A DNA stretch of 64,000 nucleotides from Microthyrium microscopicum. Taxonomy: Eukaryota. The stretch is from contig MU004239.1 of NCBI GenBank assembly GCA_010405405.1, positions 434,001-498,000 on the forward strand. The letters are read 5' to 3'. Position numbers and translations under genes: made by a program. The notes under the pieces are model-generated. The model was given only the letters and a program-made list of their open reading frames with translations, was not told the DNA's origin and ran no database searches. Positions 21,077 through 34,535 of the stretch are shown here, one piece after another (positions within the stretch are counted from its first letter, which is position 1; every line of letters starts with the position of its first letter).

Positions 21077-24000
21077 CTAAGATTCTGATAGCCGCGATCG
21101 TGGCAGCGAAGGTTTTACGCTGACGCCGCTGTCAACACGATGTTGCGTGCCGCTGGTACTGCGTTGGTGTACTCGTTCGGTGATCATCTCGTCTAGCATC
21201 TTCGTCATCTCGTCCATCTTGGGTCGAGTTACGCTGTCTTTGCTGCCGCGCTTCATGGGGCTTAAGGTGCTCGGTACGGGTGATCGTGTACCGATAACTG
21301 GTGATGTTGCGGTGCTTTTGCCGCTGGATTTGGCGTTTGAGAATACACCAGACGAGGTGTTGCTTCCGCTGCCACTTGATGTTCGTTGGCTGATCCGTTG
21401 AGAACTGCGTAGTGTTGCGCTGTTGTGTGCACCAGATCCGGTGTCTAGGCTGAGATCTGCGACTTCGCGTCTACGACCTGCACTGCGTAGAGCTGAGAGC
21501 ATCCGTTCCTTGTCATCAAGCCTTGCGCGAAGCTCGGAAATTTCTGCATCCTTTTCTCTAATCACAGCTTCTGAACTTCCTTCTTCGCCGGGACTGGTTG
21601 GTTGCGTACCGAAACGCGGGCTAAAGGACATTGAAACACGAGAGTGCGAAGAGCGACGAGCCTGGAGTAGTCGTTTTTCGAGAGTTTGGATGTATCGATT
21701 TTTGTCTGCAAGGTCCGCTTGCAGTGCTCGCACTTGCACGGCAGAAGTTGCCGTACCATCACCGTTTTCGCCAAGCGAGTCTTCCTCTTCGGGTTCTGGT
21801 CCTTCGTGGCCCTCGGCAATAATCAGGTTTGTTGATGCGGCAGACGCCCGGGAAAATCTTAGAGATGATGCAGACGAAGTCCTGTTAAGATGAGACGCAT
21901 CTATTGTGGCAGTCGACGACCTCGCAGATCTGGGAGCAGTAAGTTCTCCATTCCGCATGCTTAGCGAGGAGAAACTACGATTAGCATTAACACCGAGCGA
22001 TCTTGAGCTGAGAATCAATCTGTTCAGATGCTCAATACGCTCTTTAAGTGCTGTTCTTGCAAGCTGCATTTCAAGCATCTGTTCTTCGTGACGCTGCTCT
22101 TGTTGGACTTCCCGTGCCTTTTCAACCTGCTCATTCTCCTCTTTCACTTCGACAACTTCCTTCTCTTTGGTTGTTTTTGATTGAGACTCGAGCTGCTTGC
22201 GCAAGTCTAAAATTTCCAAGCGATATCTATCCAAAAGAGCGCGTGATCCAGGGTCGCCCAGTGCTTCATCAGCTTTTTTTGCATGACTGACAATGTTGTT
22301 CTTTGCTCTGGAGGCAAATTTCATCGTGTTTAGTGTCTCCATCGTATGGTTCTGTGCAGTTGCTATGCTACCAGCAGAACCTATCTGGATAGTACATAGA
22401 ATACTGATCAAAGAATTGCCTTGCAGCGCCGGTTGAAGTAATCTAGTCAGCTTGCTGTCTCGATAAGGAAGATGCTTGTCGCTATTGGGACCGCCCTTTT
22501 CCTTGTCCTTTTCGAAAGAGAGTTTTGATATAACGGTTCCAAGGGTCAAGAGTGATTTGTTGATGTGCGCACCCTCTGTTCTCCGTTCTTTGCTTTCGGC
22601 AGCGCGTTCACTGCCAGCTAGATCGATCAAACTAAGAGTGCTTACTCGCACACCTCCGGGGGGTAGCGGAGCCCGATTATTTGGACCAGCACGTTCGCGA
22701 CTTTCAACGACAATTTGAACGACGGCATGGGATCGCGAACTACGCGCATTGAATTGAGTTCCAGCAACACGACGGTTGTTGTCTCCTCGGGCAATGACAC
22801 GCAAAAGCTGAGTTGGTGACTGGACGATTTCCTCCTTCAAAGGTGTAGCGTAGACTCCTCGTTTGCTATCTTCGCGAAGTTTGATCTCTTCCTGTTGCGT
22901 AGGTTGGCCGTTCGGTCCGGCAACAGGCGTTGTGAGAAGATCGTGAATTTTCTCATTGTAAATTTCCAGATATGAGACTCTCAGCAAGAATTCTCGCTGG
23001 GGTGTTTCGCGAATGAAAGAAAAAATATCAGTAATGGCAAGAGGAATGACACCAGGTGATGAAGCAGTTCCTTGCATCGAAAAAGTCTTTCCGGTTCCGG
23101 TCATACCATAAGCAAAAACCGTACCATGATAACCCTCCATAACACGCCGTACCAGGCGCTTGGCAGCTGAGTCGTACACTTTAGAGTTGTTGTCATGCGC
23201 AGCAAAAACGTTGTCTGTCCCCATAAGTTAGTTTTAATATATCGTTGACCAATTATAAGAGCATACCATATATATATTCTCCACCTTCCCGCCCTCGATA
23301 TGAAATGAGGGAACGTCTTCCATCTACCATCCACTCCAGATCCGATTTTGATGATTCGTTCCCTGGAGCATCAGGTCTCACACGAACACTGACAATCACA
23401 TTGCCAGTTTTGTCTTTGCCGCCTTTGCTAGTTTCACTTTTTGCATCATCCATTGATCTATGTCGACCCCTGCGATCTTCTTCGTCATCAAATGGAGAAT
23501 ATGAACCGTGGGCAGATGAAGCTCGACTGGCGGGTAGTGACGGGAGATCTAGCAGCGATACTGATGGTGCACCTGCGCCGTTGAGCAGACTTGGAGTTCC
23601 ACTACCAGTGAAACTTCGTAACTGGTTAGCTCGACTTGATGTACGCGGAGGGCGTTTCAAGGTGCCGCCGTGAGATGCGCTTCTTCGTTGAGTATTTGGT
23701 GTTTTCGGGATGGAGGTTTCGAGAGCTGGAGAGGTTGAAGGATTGGAAATGGGGCTGTTGGAACTCGTGCTGCCGGGTCGTGTGGGAATTTTGGGCGGTT
23801 GTGGAAAAGATCCGATACTAATGGTCTTTCTTAGGGCCCGAGGAGTATTGGCACCAACAGCAGGCTGAGGTACTCTTGGTAGACTAGAGGTCGCCACATG
23901 TTGTATCTTGCTCGGAGCTGTTGGAGGCCGGGACGGTACTCCAGAAGGAGATCTTGAAGGTAAAGGAAGTCCTGTGGATGATGATGGAGTTGTGGGGGTC

Positions 24001-24101
24001 GAAAGAGACGCAACAGACGATTTTCTGGTTTTTGGAATTGGTAAGGAGGGTAGAGGACCAGATGGCGGTAAGGAGGGACGAGGAAGAGTAGTGGTGGCCA
24101 T
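21077..24101 (-). CDS. KIP2: Kinesin-7 family motor (Kip2/KipA-like); intron 23266-23215
   Basis: Pro/Ser-rich N-terminus, then NVIVSVRVRP, YGMTGTGKT, SYLEIYNE, NARSSRSH, LIDLAGSE, HLPYRDSKLTRLL and a coiled-coil tail. The intron joins EYIY-DNVF in frame. Confidence 0.9.
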
Positions 24102-26739
24102 TTTTGGCGCGATTGTGACGAGGAGAGGTCAACGAATGCTCGTCGGACTACTCAGCCATGTATCACTCGATGACTGGCCCAGATCAAGTGTGGTGAAATA
24201 GAAGTTCGGGGGATTGATTGTAAACGGGAGGGGTTCGAAGGGTTGTCGGGTACTTTAACAGCTGTTAATGGCTGGGATGGACTCGAAATTGACCAGGTCA
24301 AGTATTGCTGGGTGTGAAAGTGAAGTGCTACGGGATAAGCACAAGGGTTACAAGGCAAGGTATATGTCGCGCGGCGCAAGCGTTCCTGGTGTAACTAGGA
24401 GGTGATGGAAACGTGGGTTCGCGCAAGAAGAAGGACAGGTAGGAAAGTATAAGTATCAAAAGGAAAGCAGCATGGATGGTGGTTGCGCTGGTGGTTGGTT
24501 GGGTGTGTCGAATGTTTTGTTGATGTCAGGGTCAAGACGCGGGTGGCAGGGTGTTTTTCAGACAAAGAGAAGGGATAGCCAACAGATTAGACAGCAGCAA
24601 CTCCCGGCGAGTATATTTCGGAGTTGAATATGTATGAAAGATGTTGAGAAAAGAAGAAAAGAAGGTGTAGATAGAATATGGAGTAACACGAGAAGAGTAT
24701 GGAGTTGTGGTTGTTGCTGCTGGGGGAGAGAATAGAATTGGGAAGGCACGCCGCAAGGGATGGAATTGGCTGGAGTGGGAAATTCGGAAGAGCAAGAGCG
24801 ACCCAAACCACGCCTGTGCGCACTGTCCCTTGACCTGCACTGCTGCAGAGAGAGAAGGTGCAGAACACTTTCTTCAACAGCCAAAGCAGGTGCAGATGAG
24901 CAGATGCGGAATTGGGGAAGGAACGAACCACTCAGCCGGTTGCACTTGCTCTGCCACCACACATTATTGGGCTGCCACTTCCTTCTTCAATCCATACAGT
25001 AACCCTTCCTTGATCTACAAAAGATGTGATATAAATCTCAACACCATATAAACATCAGGCAAAGTACACTCTTGTCTCGGACTTGCCTTGTTCTATCTAT
25101 TCATCAATGCCCATATCTACTACTCCTCATTGCATAACAGTCCATAGAAAATGCCCATTTCAATATTCAAAAGTGGCATGGTCTCCTGCGAGCCTCCAAA
25201 GCTTCCAGGGGCTATCACCAGCTAAAATACACTTCATGTCGCTAGATATCTATCCGGCCACACTCCCCTATATCGCTTCAACTTTACCGACTCTCTTCCC
25301 CTTCCCCGATGCAACCACAACAGTAACTCGCCAACTTCCAAGCATGAACATCAACAGCCATCAATCTCGTAAAGAGTTGCAAAACTGATCTTCAAAGGTT
25401 CGGCCGAAGGTAGGCCGCTGAACACTGTGTGAAAACCCCTGAAGGCGTTTTTGAACAGACCTTGGACTTGATCGAGCTTAGCTGGACGCCCATTATTGAC
25501 ACGCCAAAATGCGCGCCTCAACTGGCTAGCCACTAAAATCGCCGTCGCATGGTGATTGGCTACGCGCTTCGCCATCAGATTCCATTCGAAATGCTCACGA
25601 CTTGAATCAACCCAACTTTCCATCATTTTGCATGAATTTCGATGAAGCATCCATGATCCGCTAAAACCTCTTAAGCACACGCAACTCTCTCCGCTCCCAA
25701 AGAGCTCAATGCTTGCGTTGCTTGGTAACGTCCAGAGCTTTTATGCTGCAAAAGGTAGGGGTTCGCTATCAAAAAAACATATGGAATATATGCAAACCAA
25801 ATCAATGCTTGACATGCAGTGACAACGACAAGCCACGAGGTACTTTTATACCTGGCCGTCCATAGATATATACTTCCCGCCTGCCCGGTCAATAATCCTT
25901 CACGTTTATTGTTCCTTCGGGCACCTCATGGCCGCCATGAATCCTTCAGAAAGTCGTCACTTCTCGTGTACGATATGATTTATTGAATGATAGGCGCCCT
26001 AAGACCTTTTTAAAAATGATCCGTCTGTGCCACGCAACCACAGAATCGTGTGTGAGGCTTTTCAAAGTTGCGAAAGACGAATCAGGAGATTGTGGATAAG
26101 CCAACAATTTCCTATTTTGATCGGTGTTTGTCCATTTGGGGAACGGGTTCAAGGAGCCGATGATCGGTCCCGCTTTCTGTTCATGATTGACAGCGGCTCA
26201 AAGCGAGGAAAGTTAAACTTCGGCGGACCCTGTAAACACTGAAGATCGCATTGATTTAGTAAATGCGACAGCGTGGTCGAATACATTTGTTACTTTTATG
26301 GACAAGCTTGTCTTCATAAGAACAAGTTCAACGGCCAAAATCTGCTGGGTTCGAAAGCAACGGCTCATTACTCCGCAATATATGAGACAATTGAAATTAT
26401 GAATTGAATTCTTTTGTATTTGCCGAGTCGTCTCGTCTCGAATTTTCAAGCTTGGTAACCACAATTTGAAGCCTGGCAAGAACTGCGGTTGCACATGCCT
26501 TGACTGAGACTTTTGACTCGAAACGACATTCGTCAAAATAGCCGTATCCATTTTAAAAACAAGCATTCGTATGCTTTTGAATGGAAGTTCAAAATGTATT
26601 CCGCCATCTATGAGAAGCTCTCCGATTATTGATCGTACAAAAGGTAAAAACCCCTTCTACATTGCTACAACATCAATGTACGAGTTTTGACGAGGCCGCA
26701 AACACATGACACATGAACATCAAAACCTGATTCTGGTAG

Positions 26740-26960
26740 CAGGGTTAGTAAACTACTTAGTATAAACTACTCTATTATTAGTCTAGTCTACTCTATTCTA
26801 ATACTAGTACGAGAAAATTTTAGCGCTATTCTACTATACTACTATCTAGTATACTCTAAAATTACTTTATTCTAATACTAGTATTTAATAATACTACTCT
26901 AGTAAAAACTATTATAATTACTATTATAATAGTATAATAGTAAATACTAGTTTTTATACT
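26740..26960 (+). repeat. Left TIR and subterminal repeats of the hAT element
   Basis: 22-bp TIR with one mismatch to the right TIR, extending through CTACTCTATTA; multiple AATACTAG(T) motifs follow. Confidence 0.85.
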
Positions 26961-27729
26961 AAACTTAATTATTTTTTAATAAAAACTATAGCATTCAATA
27001 GCCCTAGACTAGGAGAATCTAAATCTTGTCTTAGTTTTTCTTATATACTATTATTTATAGAGATATAAATAGATTTATAAAATAATATTATAAATAAATA
27101 AACTTCTTATTTATTTATTATAGCTATAACTATAAGAGAATAAGATAATATTTATACTATATTATACTAATAAATATAGCTATTATAAGCTAGTAAGTTA
27201 GTTTTAGTTTATAATTAACTATTTATAGTAGTTATATATCTTTTTATAATATTTATTACTTAAAAGTAACTATATATTATTTTATAGTAGTAGTAAAGAG
27301 GTTATAAAGATATAATGTACTTTAGTATAGCTAGTTCTATATATAAGTAGTTATATTTAGTATAAATAATAGTTATAACTATTATAAATATTTAATATAA
27401 AAATCTATATTCTTAATTATTTATTAATACTAGTAAATACTTAGAATTTTAATTCAATAAACTTAGTATACTATAGAGAATACTAGGCTCTATAAAATAG
27501 CGTATTTAGTTTCTCTTATCTAAATTTAATTTTAATAATATAAATTCTTAGAATAATATTATACTTTAATAGTTATTATAGTTATAACTAAAAGATAAGA
27601 TATAAAAAAATATACGTTATAATAAGAAGAAAATACTATATTTTCTAGGCTAGTTTTCGTTAGTTTTCTAGTACAAAAGAAAAACTAAATAAGTATAGAC
27701 GTAAAAACAAGAACTAAAAACAAGAACTA

Positions 27730-29061
27730 CTAATCTATAATATCTAAATCTTCCTATTTAAAGTTTACTTCATCTTTAGCATTAGCGGCAGTAATAAAAC
27801 TAGCGCTAAGATAAGAAGTATTTCCTAATTTAGAAATATAACTGTCTAAAGCCGTTTTAAAAGCTACTAGTTTAGGCTTTGCTAAAGCCTATTTTTCTAC
27901 CTAAAAAAAATTAGTTAAAGTATTAAAATTAATAATAATTAGTAACTTACAATATAAGCTGCATACTTAATAGCGTTAGCTACTATTTTAGCTTTTTTAA
28001 CAGCCTAATCGTTTACTACTTTAGCCAAGTGCTTTTATTATAATTTAGCTCTAAAAGCTACTCTTTTAGCTTTTATAGCTTCTTTTTTAGTAGCTTTTTA
28101 GTCAGAATGCTTTTTAGTAAGCATACGAAGAGCTTTCTAAACAGTTAGTTCTTAGGGTCCAAAAACAAGGCTTTTAGGACGTCTATTATTTATTAGATAT
28201 TAATTAATAAAATAATAGAATATAACTTACCTTTGGGGCCCAAAATAAGCACTCGTAGGAGGAGAAGATAGTTCGTAACTAGGGCTTAGAGGAGATCTAT
28301 TTAATAATTAGTTATTAATTAATTAATTAATAAAATAAAGGAATATTACTTACTTTGTAGCTTCCAAATACCTTTCAAGTTGCTTTTTAAAGGCTAATTT
28401 TAGCCCTAACTAATCCGTACTTAATACTAGTATATTAATTATTTATTAACGACCTATACTAGTCTAAATCTAGATAGTAGTAGACAAAATAAGTATAGTA
28501 GTATCTACTTAATTATATAGGAAGGTATAATTTATATTAATCTTATATACTTCTAGAGCGTAATATATAGTAAAAGTATAATTAAGATTAATTCCTTAGT
28601 AAAGTAGGTTATTTTTAATACTAAAATAGGTATATTTAAGTTTCTATTCATCTATAAAGAAGACTATATAGCCTAAATAAGGGCTATTAATAGCGCTATC
28701 CCTTTTTAGGATAAAGATTTTAAGATTAGACATTCTTTCGTTTAAAATTAAGGCATTTTAGTAGCCTAAAAACTCTACTTAAAATCTCTAAGCTTTAGTA
28801 AGCTGCTTACTTAAGAAAGAACGCCCTATTAATATTAGTTATAGTTATATAAAGGGTTTAGTTACTTACTAATAGATTCTATCGCGTAGGGGTCTAGCTA
28901 AGGCATTCTAATTAAAAAAGTTAATAAAAATAAAAAATAAAAAATTCTTTATAAAAATTAGAATAACTTACGAACTAGGCTAAGATAGGCTAAATGAAGA
29001 CCGTAGCTAGAAAGAGAAGGAAAAAAGGATATAAAAATAATATCTTTTAGATACTAGCCAT
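27730..29061 (-). pseudogene. RIP-mutated 6-exon passenger gene of unknown function inside the hAT element
   Basis: Five short GTAAGT...AG introns on the minus strand. Splice phases stay consistent and give e.g. KSPLSPSYELSSPPTSAYFGPQRRPKSLVFGP*ELTV*KALRMLTKKHSD...VEK*ALAKPKLVAFKTALDSYISKLG. Stops are RIP-type. Confidence 0.7.
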
Positions 29062-29091
29062 AGCTAAAAACTAAAAAGATAAAACTTTAAT

Positions 29092-29266
29092 AATTTAAGA
29101 AAGAAGAATTAAAAGAGAGAGAAGGGCAACTTATATAGATATTTTAGATTAGACTAACTATATTCTAATCAGCTTAACTATACTCTAAGCTAGATTATAG
29201 TTAATCTAATCTAAAATGTCTATATAAGGTGCCCTTCTCTCTCTTTTAATTCTTCTTTCTTAAATT
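29092..29266. promoter_or_regulatory. 175-bp palindrome; putative bidirectional core promoter
   Basis: Arms of about 71 bp with 3 mismatches. Each arm read outward gives CTATATAAG followed by a CT-rich tract. The palindrome is directly visible; promoter function is inferred. Confidence 0.65.
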
Positions 29267-29726
29267 TTATAAAAAATTTACTTTTTAAAGTTTACTTTAA
29301 GTACTATTATTCTCTAGTAGTATATATATTATTACCCTTTTAGGCTATATATTCCTACTTTTTTATAGGTTTTTCTAGTAAGTTTTTTTTTACTTTTTTT
29401 ACTATTTTTTTACTAACTTTTTTTTAGTTAATTAGTATCTTACTAAGTAATCTCTACTTTTTATTTCTATTTTTAGAAGTATAAAAACCTTTTTTCTAAA
29501 GTATTTTTATAGCTTTTTTTAGTACGTTTATTTTTACTTTTTTTTACTTTTTATTTACTATTTATTTACTTTTTATTAACTTTATATTAGGCTTTTATTA
29601 TAGTAGTATTTCTACTTAGTATTATACTATTAGTATACATTCTAGTAAGTTTTTTCTTTATATTTTATTTATATTTAATTAACTTTTTTATTTAGTTTAT
29701 TACTTTTCTTATTAAAGATTATATTT

Positions 29727-31631
29727 ATCGACCTTCTTTGGCCCCTACACGGCTCGATTCGCACTACTTCATCGATTTAATTTAAATAAACTATTGGAAT
29801 TCCTTCGCTAAGGCTTAGAGATTATATTTATAAATTTTTAGTAAGACGCCTACACGCGCTATAGTATTATTATAGCTAGAAGTATGGTGGAACTAAATAA
29901 CTAAAATATAGAAGAACGAGACTCTAATTTTAAGAACTATAAGAACTTGCTTAATAGTAGCTCTTCAGAACTATTTAATATAGTTAACGTAGTAGGGATA
30001 TCTCTATCTAGAATATAAAAAGGTATATAAAAAGAATTAGAAATAATTATCTTAAAACAAGTCCTCTATAATATTATAGAGGAGCTTATTAAGCTAAAGG
30101 ACTACGTCCTCTACTAAGAGGAAGAGCCTTTAATGGCTAAATACTTTACCCCTAAACTTACTTTCCTTAAAACTATCCTTAATTAGCTTAATAAGATTAA
30201 AATAGTAATTTGACGTCGTTTTACCGCATTAGCTCTAAAGCTACACTCTTAGGTAGTAATTGCCTCCTATACTAAATTATATATAAGTAAACCAAAAGGT
30301 TGTTCTATTGTCTTATAACCTAAGGTAGGATAATATATAGGGACTTCTTTAGAGGTCTTTAAGGAACTTAAAAAAATATTTATAGGTACTATAGGCGTAC
30401 GCTTTTTATAGAGTAGTAATCTTTAAGTCGTCTTTAAAGACGCTAAATAGAAGGATTAGGCCTAGTACCTAACTATTAAAGGTACGTAGATGCTTTAGTA
30501 GAATTATTTTATTAAAGTAGTTAATATACCCTTAAAGAATATTAGTAATAAGGTTCGTTATAGTAAGAGAGTAGATAATTATAACTTAGGGTTTATTAAG
30601 GCCCTAAATAAGGATAACTAGTACGTTCCTACTATTATTAGGGTGAGTTAGATTTATAGTAATAAAATATTAATCTTAAAAAAGAAGAGATTATCCTTTA
30701 TCGTATATTTCCTAATAGAGAGTTTTTAGAAGATTGCCGTAGCCTAAAGGCTAATAATTAAAGGCGTATAATATAGTTATAAACTTTAAGCTATAACGCT
30801 AGCTAGTATTTATTATTACTAATATAGTACCTAAGAATATATATAGTCTTCCTATTTAGTAGAAGCTTGCTATAGATACTATATAGATAAGTACGATATA
30901 TAAGATTATAAAATAAAAGGTAAAAATAAATAGTACTTAAATTATAGTTATAAATACAACTATTGAGATAAATCCTATAGTATTTATAAAAGTATTATTT
31001 TAGTAGCAAATACTTTTTAGATAACCCTATTTAAACGTATTGTTAACTTATAAAATAGCGTAGCTTAATAGAATTATAGTAATATAAACCTACTATTAAA
31101 GAATAAATATATACCTATTACTATACTAAAAGCTAGCCCTATAAAAGGCCTTAAAAGGCCTTCAGCCTTAGCTGTAATAAGATTCGCTTCAAAATAACGA
31201 TTTCTTAACTTTATGTCTACTTATCTAAGACCTTTAGACGCGGCTACGCTTATAGTAGCGTTAAGAGGGAAAATTGCTATAGCTATTTTAGTAAGTGTTT
31301 ATAAGGCTACTAAAGTAGTTTCAGCGACCTTAGTAAAGTTTAAGAAAGTAGACGAAAAGGTTTAGATAGAATTAGATAGATAGAAAGAAGATTAAACAAA
31401 GCAGAAGCGTTTTATAGAACGGCCTATTAATAGCCGCGAGGTTAACGTTCTACAACGAATAAATAAACGCTAAAGTACCTACAACGCCCTACTAAGGTAA
31501 ATAGTATAGTTTTATTTCCCTAAGAGTTTCTACTATAAATAGCTGATATAGTCTATATATGCCTATTAGAGTAGCGTATTCAGAACCCCTACGGGGACCA
31601 AACGAACTAGACAATAAAGAGATTTATTATT
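29727..31631 (+). mobile_element. ORF1(gag-like)-only LINE-related insertion, RIP-mutated
   Basis: One reading frame 29884-31500 with GVRFL*SSNL*VVF and, after reversing RIP changes, three Cys/His knuckles at about 30810-30985. It ends AATAAAGAGAT(TTA)n, with a candidate TSD ATTATATTT (29718-29726, 31632-31640). No RT follows. Confidence 0.6.
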
Positions 31632-32109
31632 ATTATATTTTCTTTAATATTTCTTTATATTATTTAAGATTTATCTTTATAGTATATACGCTATTCTTTA
31701 TTATTTAGCTAAAACCTAGTCTAAAAGCTATTATTATTTATAATTTAGTTTTTATTTCTTAGTTTTTACTTAAGTTTTCTATAACTTAGTTATTTATTAG
31801 CTATTTTATAAAGTCTTTATATTCTTAATCTATCTTTATAGTATTCTCTAGTTTACTAGAGTTATTATAGTATATCTTTCTATTTTCTATATAGATTTAT
31901 ATTAAAAAATATAAAAATAAAAAATAGTAGAAAAATATTTTTCTTCTCTTTTTATTTACTTTCTTATTTAGTTATACTATTTAAGACTAGTAAATTTCAT
32001 ACTATATACTTTTGCATATTTCTAATAGATCTACTAATTTAGAATTTCTTATTTAGCTCTAGATTTTAATCTAGAAATAAAAGAGATACTTATTATTATA
32101 TTTCTATTC

Positions 32110-34535
32110 TTATTTATAAAATAAGTTCTATAATTAATATTAAGATAAATAACACTAATTCTAATCTTAATTTACCTAATACTTAACCTGCTAGCTAACT
32201 ATCTAATTTAGATACTAGTATAGGTCCTAGTAATAGTGCTTCTTAAATTACTATTAAATTAAATTAATATAAAAGAGATAAACGAAACTAAACTATATAT
32301 ACTTTTCCTAATAATAATACTCATAGAACGGCCTATATTTTTAAATATGGTCTTTTTACTAAAGAACTACTACCTATAGATTAGAATAAAGAAAAGCAAT
32401 TTAAATTAACTTATGTTATTTATAGTTATAATAAAATTAAAGATATAAAAGACTTTTTAAGCTCTAACTTCACTAAATATTATACTAGCCAATATCCTTT
32501 AATAGCTACTAATAAAAAAGATTATAAAAAGAAAGATACTTTAGAAGAATATTTAATTAAACAAGCAGAAAATACTAGCTCTTTAGATCCTCTTTCTAAT
32601 AATCCTTTTACGTAAGCAGCTAGTAGTAGTAATACTATTAATAAGAAAAGAATATATTCTAGTACTAATTATAAGTTTATAGAATAAGAAGCTTTATACT
32701 TAGTATTAGCTTTTATTATAGATAATAATTTATCTTTTAATACTATAGATTCTTAATCGTTTAGAGATCTTTTAGAATATTATAACGTTACTAGACCTAT
32801 ATTAAATTATTATAATATTCAAAACCTATTAGAAACTATATATTCTAATAGTTTAAAAGTATTAAAATATAAAATTTAACTAATAGTAAATAGTAGAAAT
32901 TACTTTTTAATAACTCTAGATAGTTAGATAGCTTATAATTAAATAGCCTTTTTAGGTATTATATTAATTTATATTAATAATAATATTAAAGTATAATATA
33001 AGTTAATAGGCTTTAAAGAATTAACTAAAAGCTATATAGGCGTTTATCTTTCTAAAGTTTTTAATAATTGTTTAAAAAGTTATAGCTTATCTATATTAAA
33101 TATTATTAATTTTACTAAAGATAATGTAAGTAATAATAATACTTTAGTAAAGCAATTAATATATAAAAATCATATAGCTAGAAATACTACTAATTTTTAT
33201 AATATTTATTATATAGCTTATATTATTAATTTAGTAGCTAAAGATATTTTAAAATACTTTTTAGCATCTTATAATACTAAAGTTAGTTTAACTAGATATA
33301 CTAATAGTATACTAGAATTAACTAACGACAATAATAAAGAAGAAGATAAAGAAGATAAAGATCCTACTAAACCTTTAGGATTAATAATTAAAGTAAGAAG
33401 AATTATTACTTCTATTAAATACGTTAGATTATATTAACGATTATTTGCTACTAGTTTAAAAGTATTAAGAGAAGATAGTAATATTCCTAAATCTATTAAA
33501 ATTAATAGAATATCGCCTAATAATAATACTAGATAGAATTCTACTTTTAATTATATTTCTAGCTTTTTATAGCTTAAAAAGGCAGTTTTATATGTTTTTA
33601 TAAATATATCTAAAAATAAGTTTAAGAATTAATTAGCTTTAAATAGTATTAATTTTTATGCTTTAGAAAATCTAAGAGATATATTAGAATATTTCTCTTA
33701 TCCTTTTATTAGATTATAAGGTTAAGTTTATACTACTATTAACTAGACTTTATTATATATTTATAGATTATTTAAACAACTAGATGCTAAAAGACTAGCT
33801 ATAGATAAAGAATATAATCCTATAAATAAGCATTTAGAAAAACATTATTTTATTAATACTATTTATAAAAGTATTTCTAAATTAGAAAAATATTATAGGA
33901 AAGATATTCCTAATTTACGAGAATTATAGAAAATTAAGCCTTATATACTAGGAATTATACTAGATCCTAGACATAAAATAGCTTATTTTAAATAAGCTAC
34001 TAATAGGTCTTTATGTTTTTATAATAGTATATTAATTAATACTACTAAGCTTCTTAAAAATGAATATAATTCTGCTATTAAAAGATTAAATAGTTTTAGT
34101 CTTTTAACTAGAAATACTACTATTATAAATCCAGAATCTAATTCTAATACTAATTTAGATAACTCTATTAATAGAGGTCTCTTTATTAGTAGTACTCCTA
34201 GTATTAGTTTACCTAGTAGAGATAGTAATACTAAATATATTTAGTATTTAAAAGAAGATAATATAGATTCTAAAATCTATCCTTTAGATTATTAGAAAGA
34301 TAATAGAACTAAATATCCTATTCTATTTTACTTAGCGTGTAAGTTCCTAGTTATACCTACTACTTCTGCTAGTATTAAAAGTGTATTTAGTGTAGGATCT
34401 AATATAATATTAAAAACTAGAAATAAGCTAGAAGCTAAAACTAGTAAAAAGATTCTATTACTAAAAAGTTGGTATATTAAAGGCTGGGAAGAATTACGTA
34501 ATAAATTAACTAAATTAGAGTTAATAATTACTTAG
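32110..34535 (+). pseudogene. hAT transposase relic (start approximate)
   Basis: IGPSNSAS* N-terminal motif, BED-finger remnant, ITLDS*, TKDNVSNNN, YIAYIINLVA (CxxH), NTR*NST, and the dimerisation domain PLDY*KDNRTKYPILFYLACKFLVIPTTSASIKSVFS...RNKL...LLLKSW. Confidence 0.9.

Noticed and set aside
25340..26730. Possible decayed gene left of the hAT insertion
   Set aside because: Some coding-like stretches with stops, but no identifiable family and no clear continuation beyond 51095.
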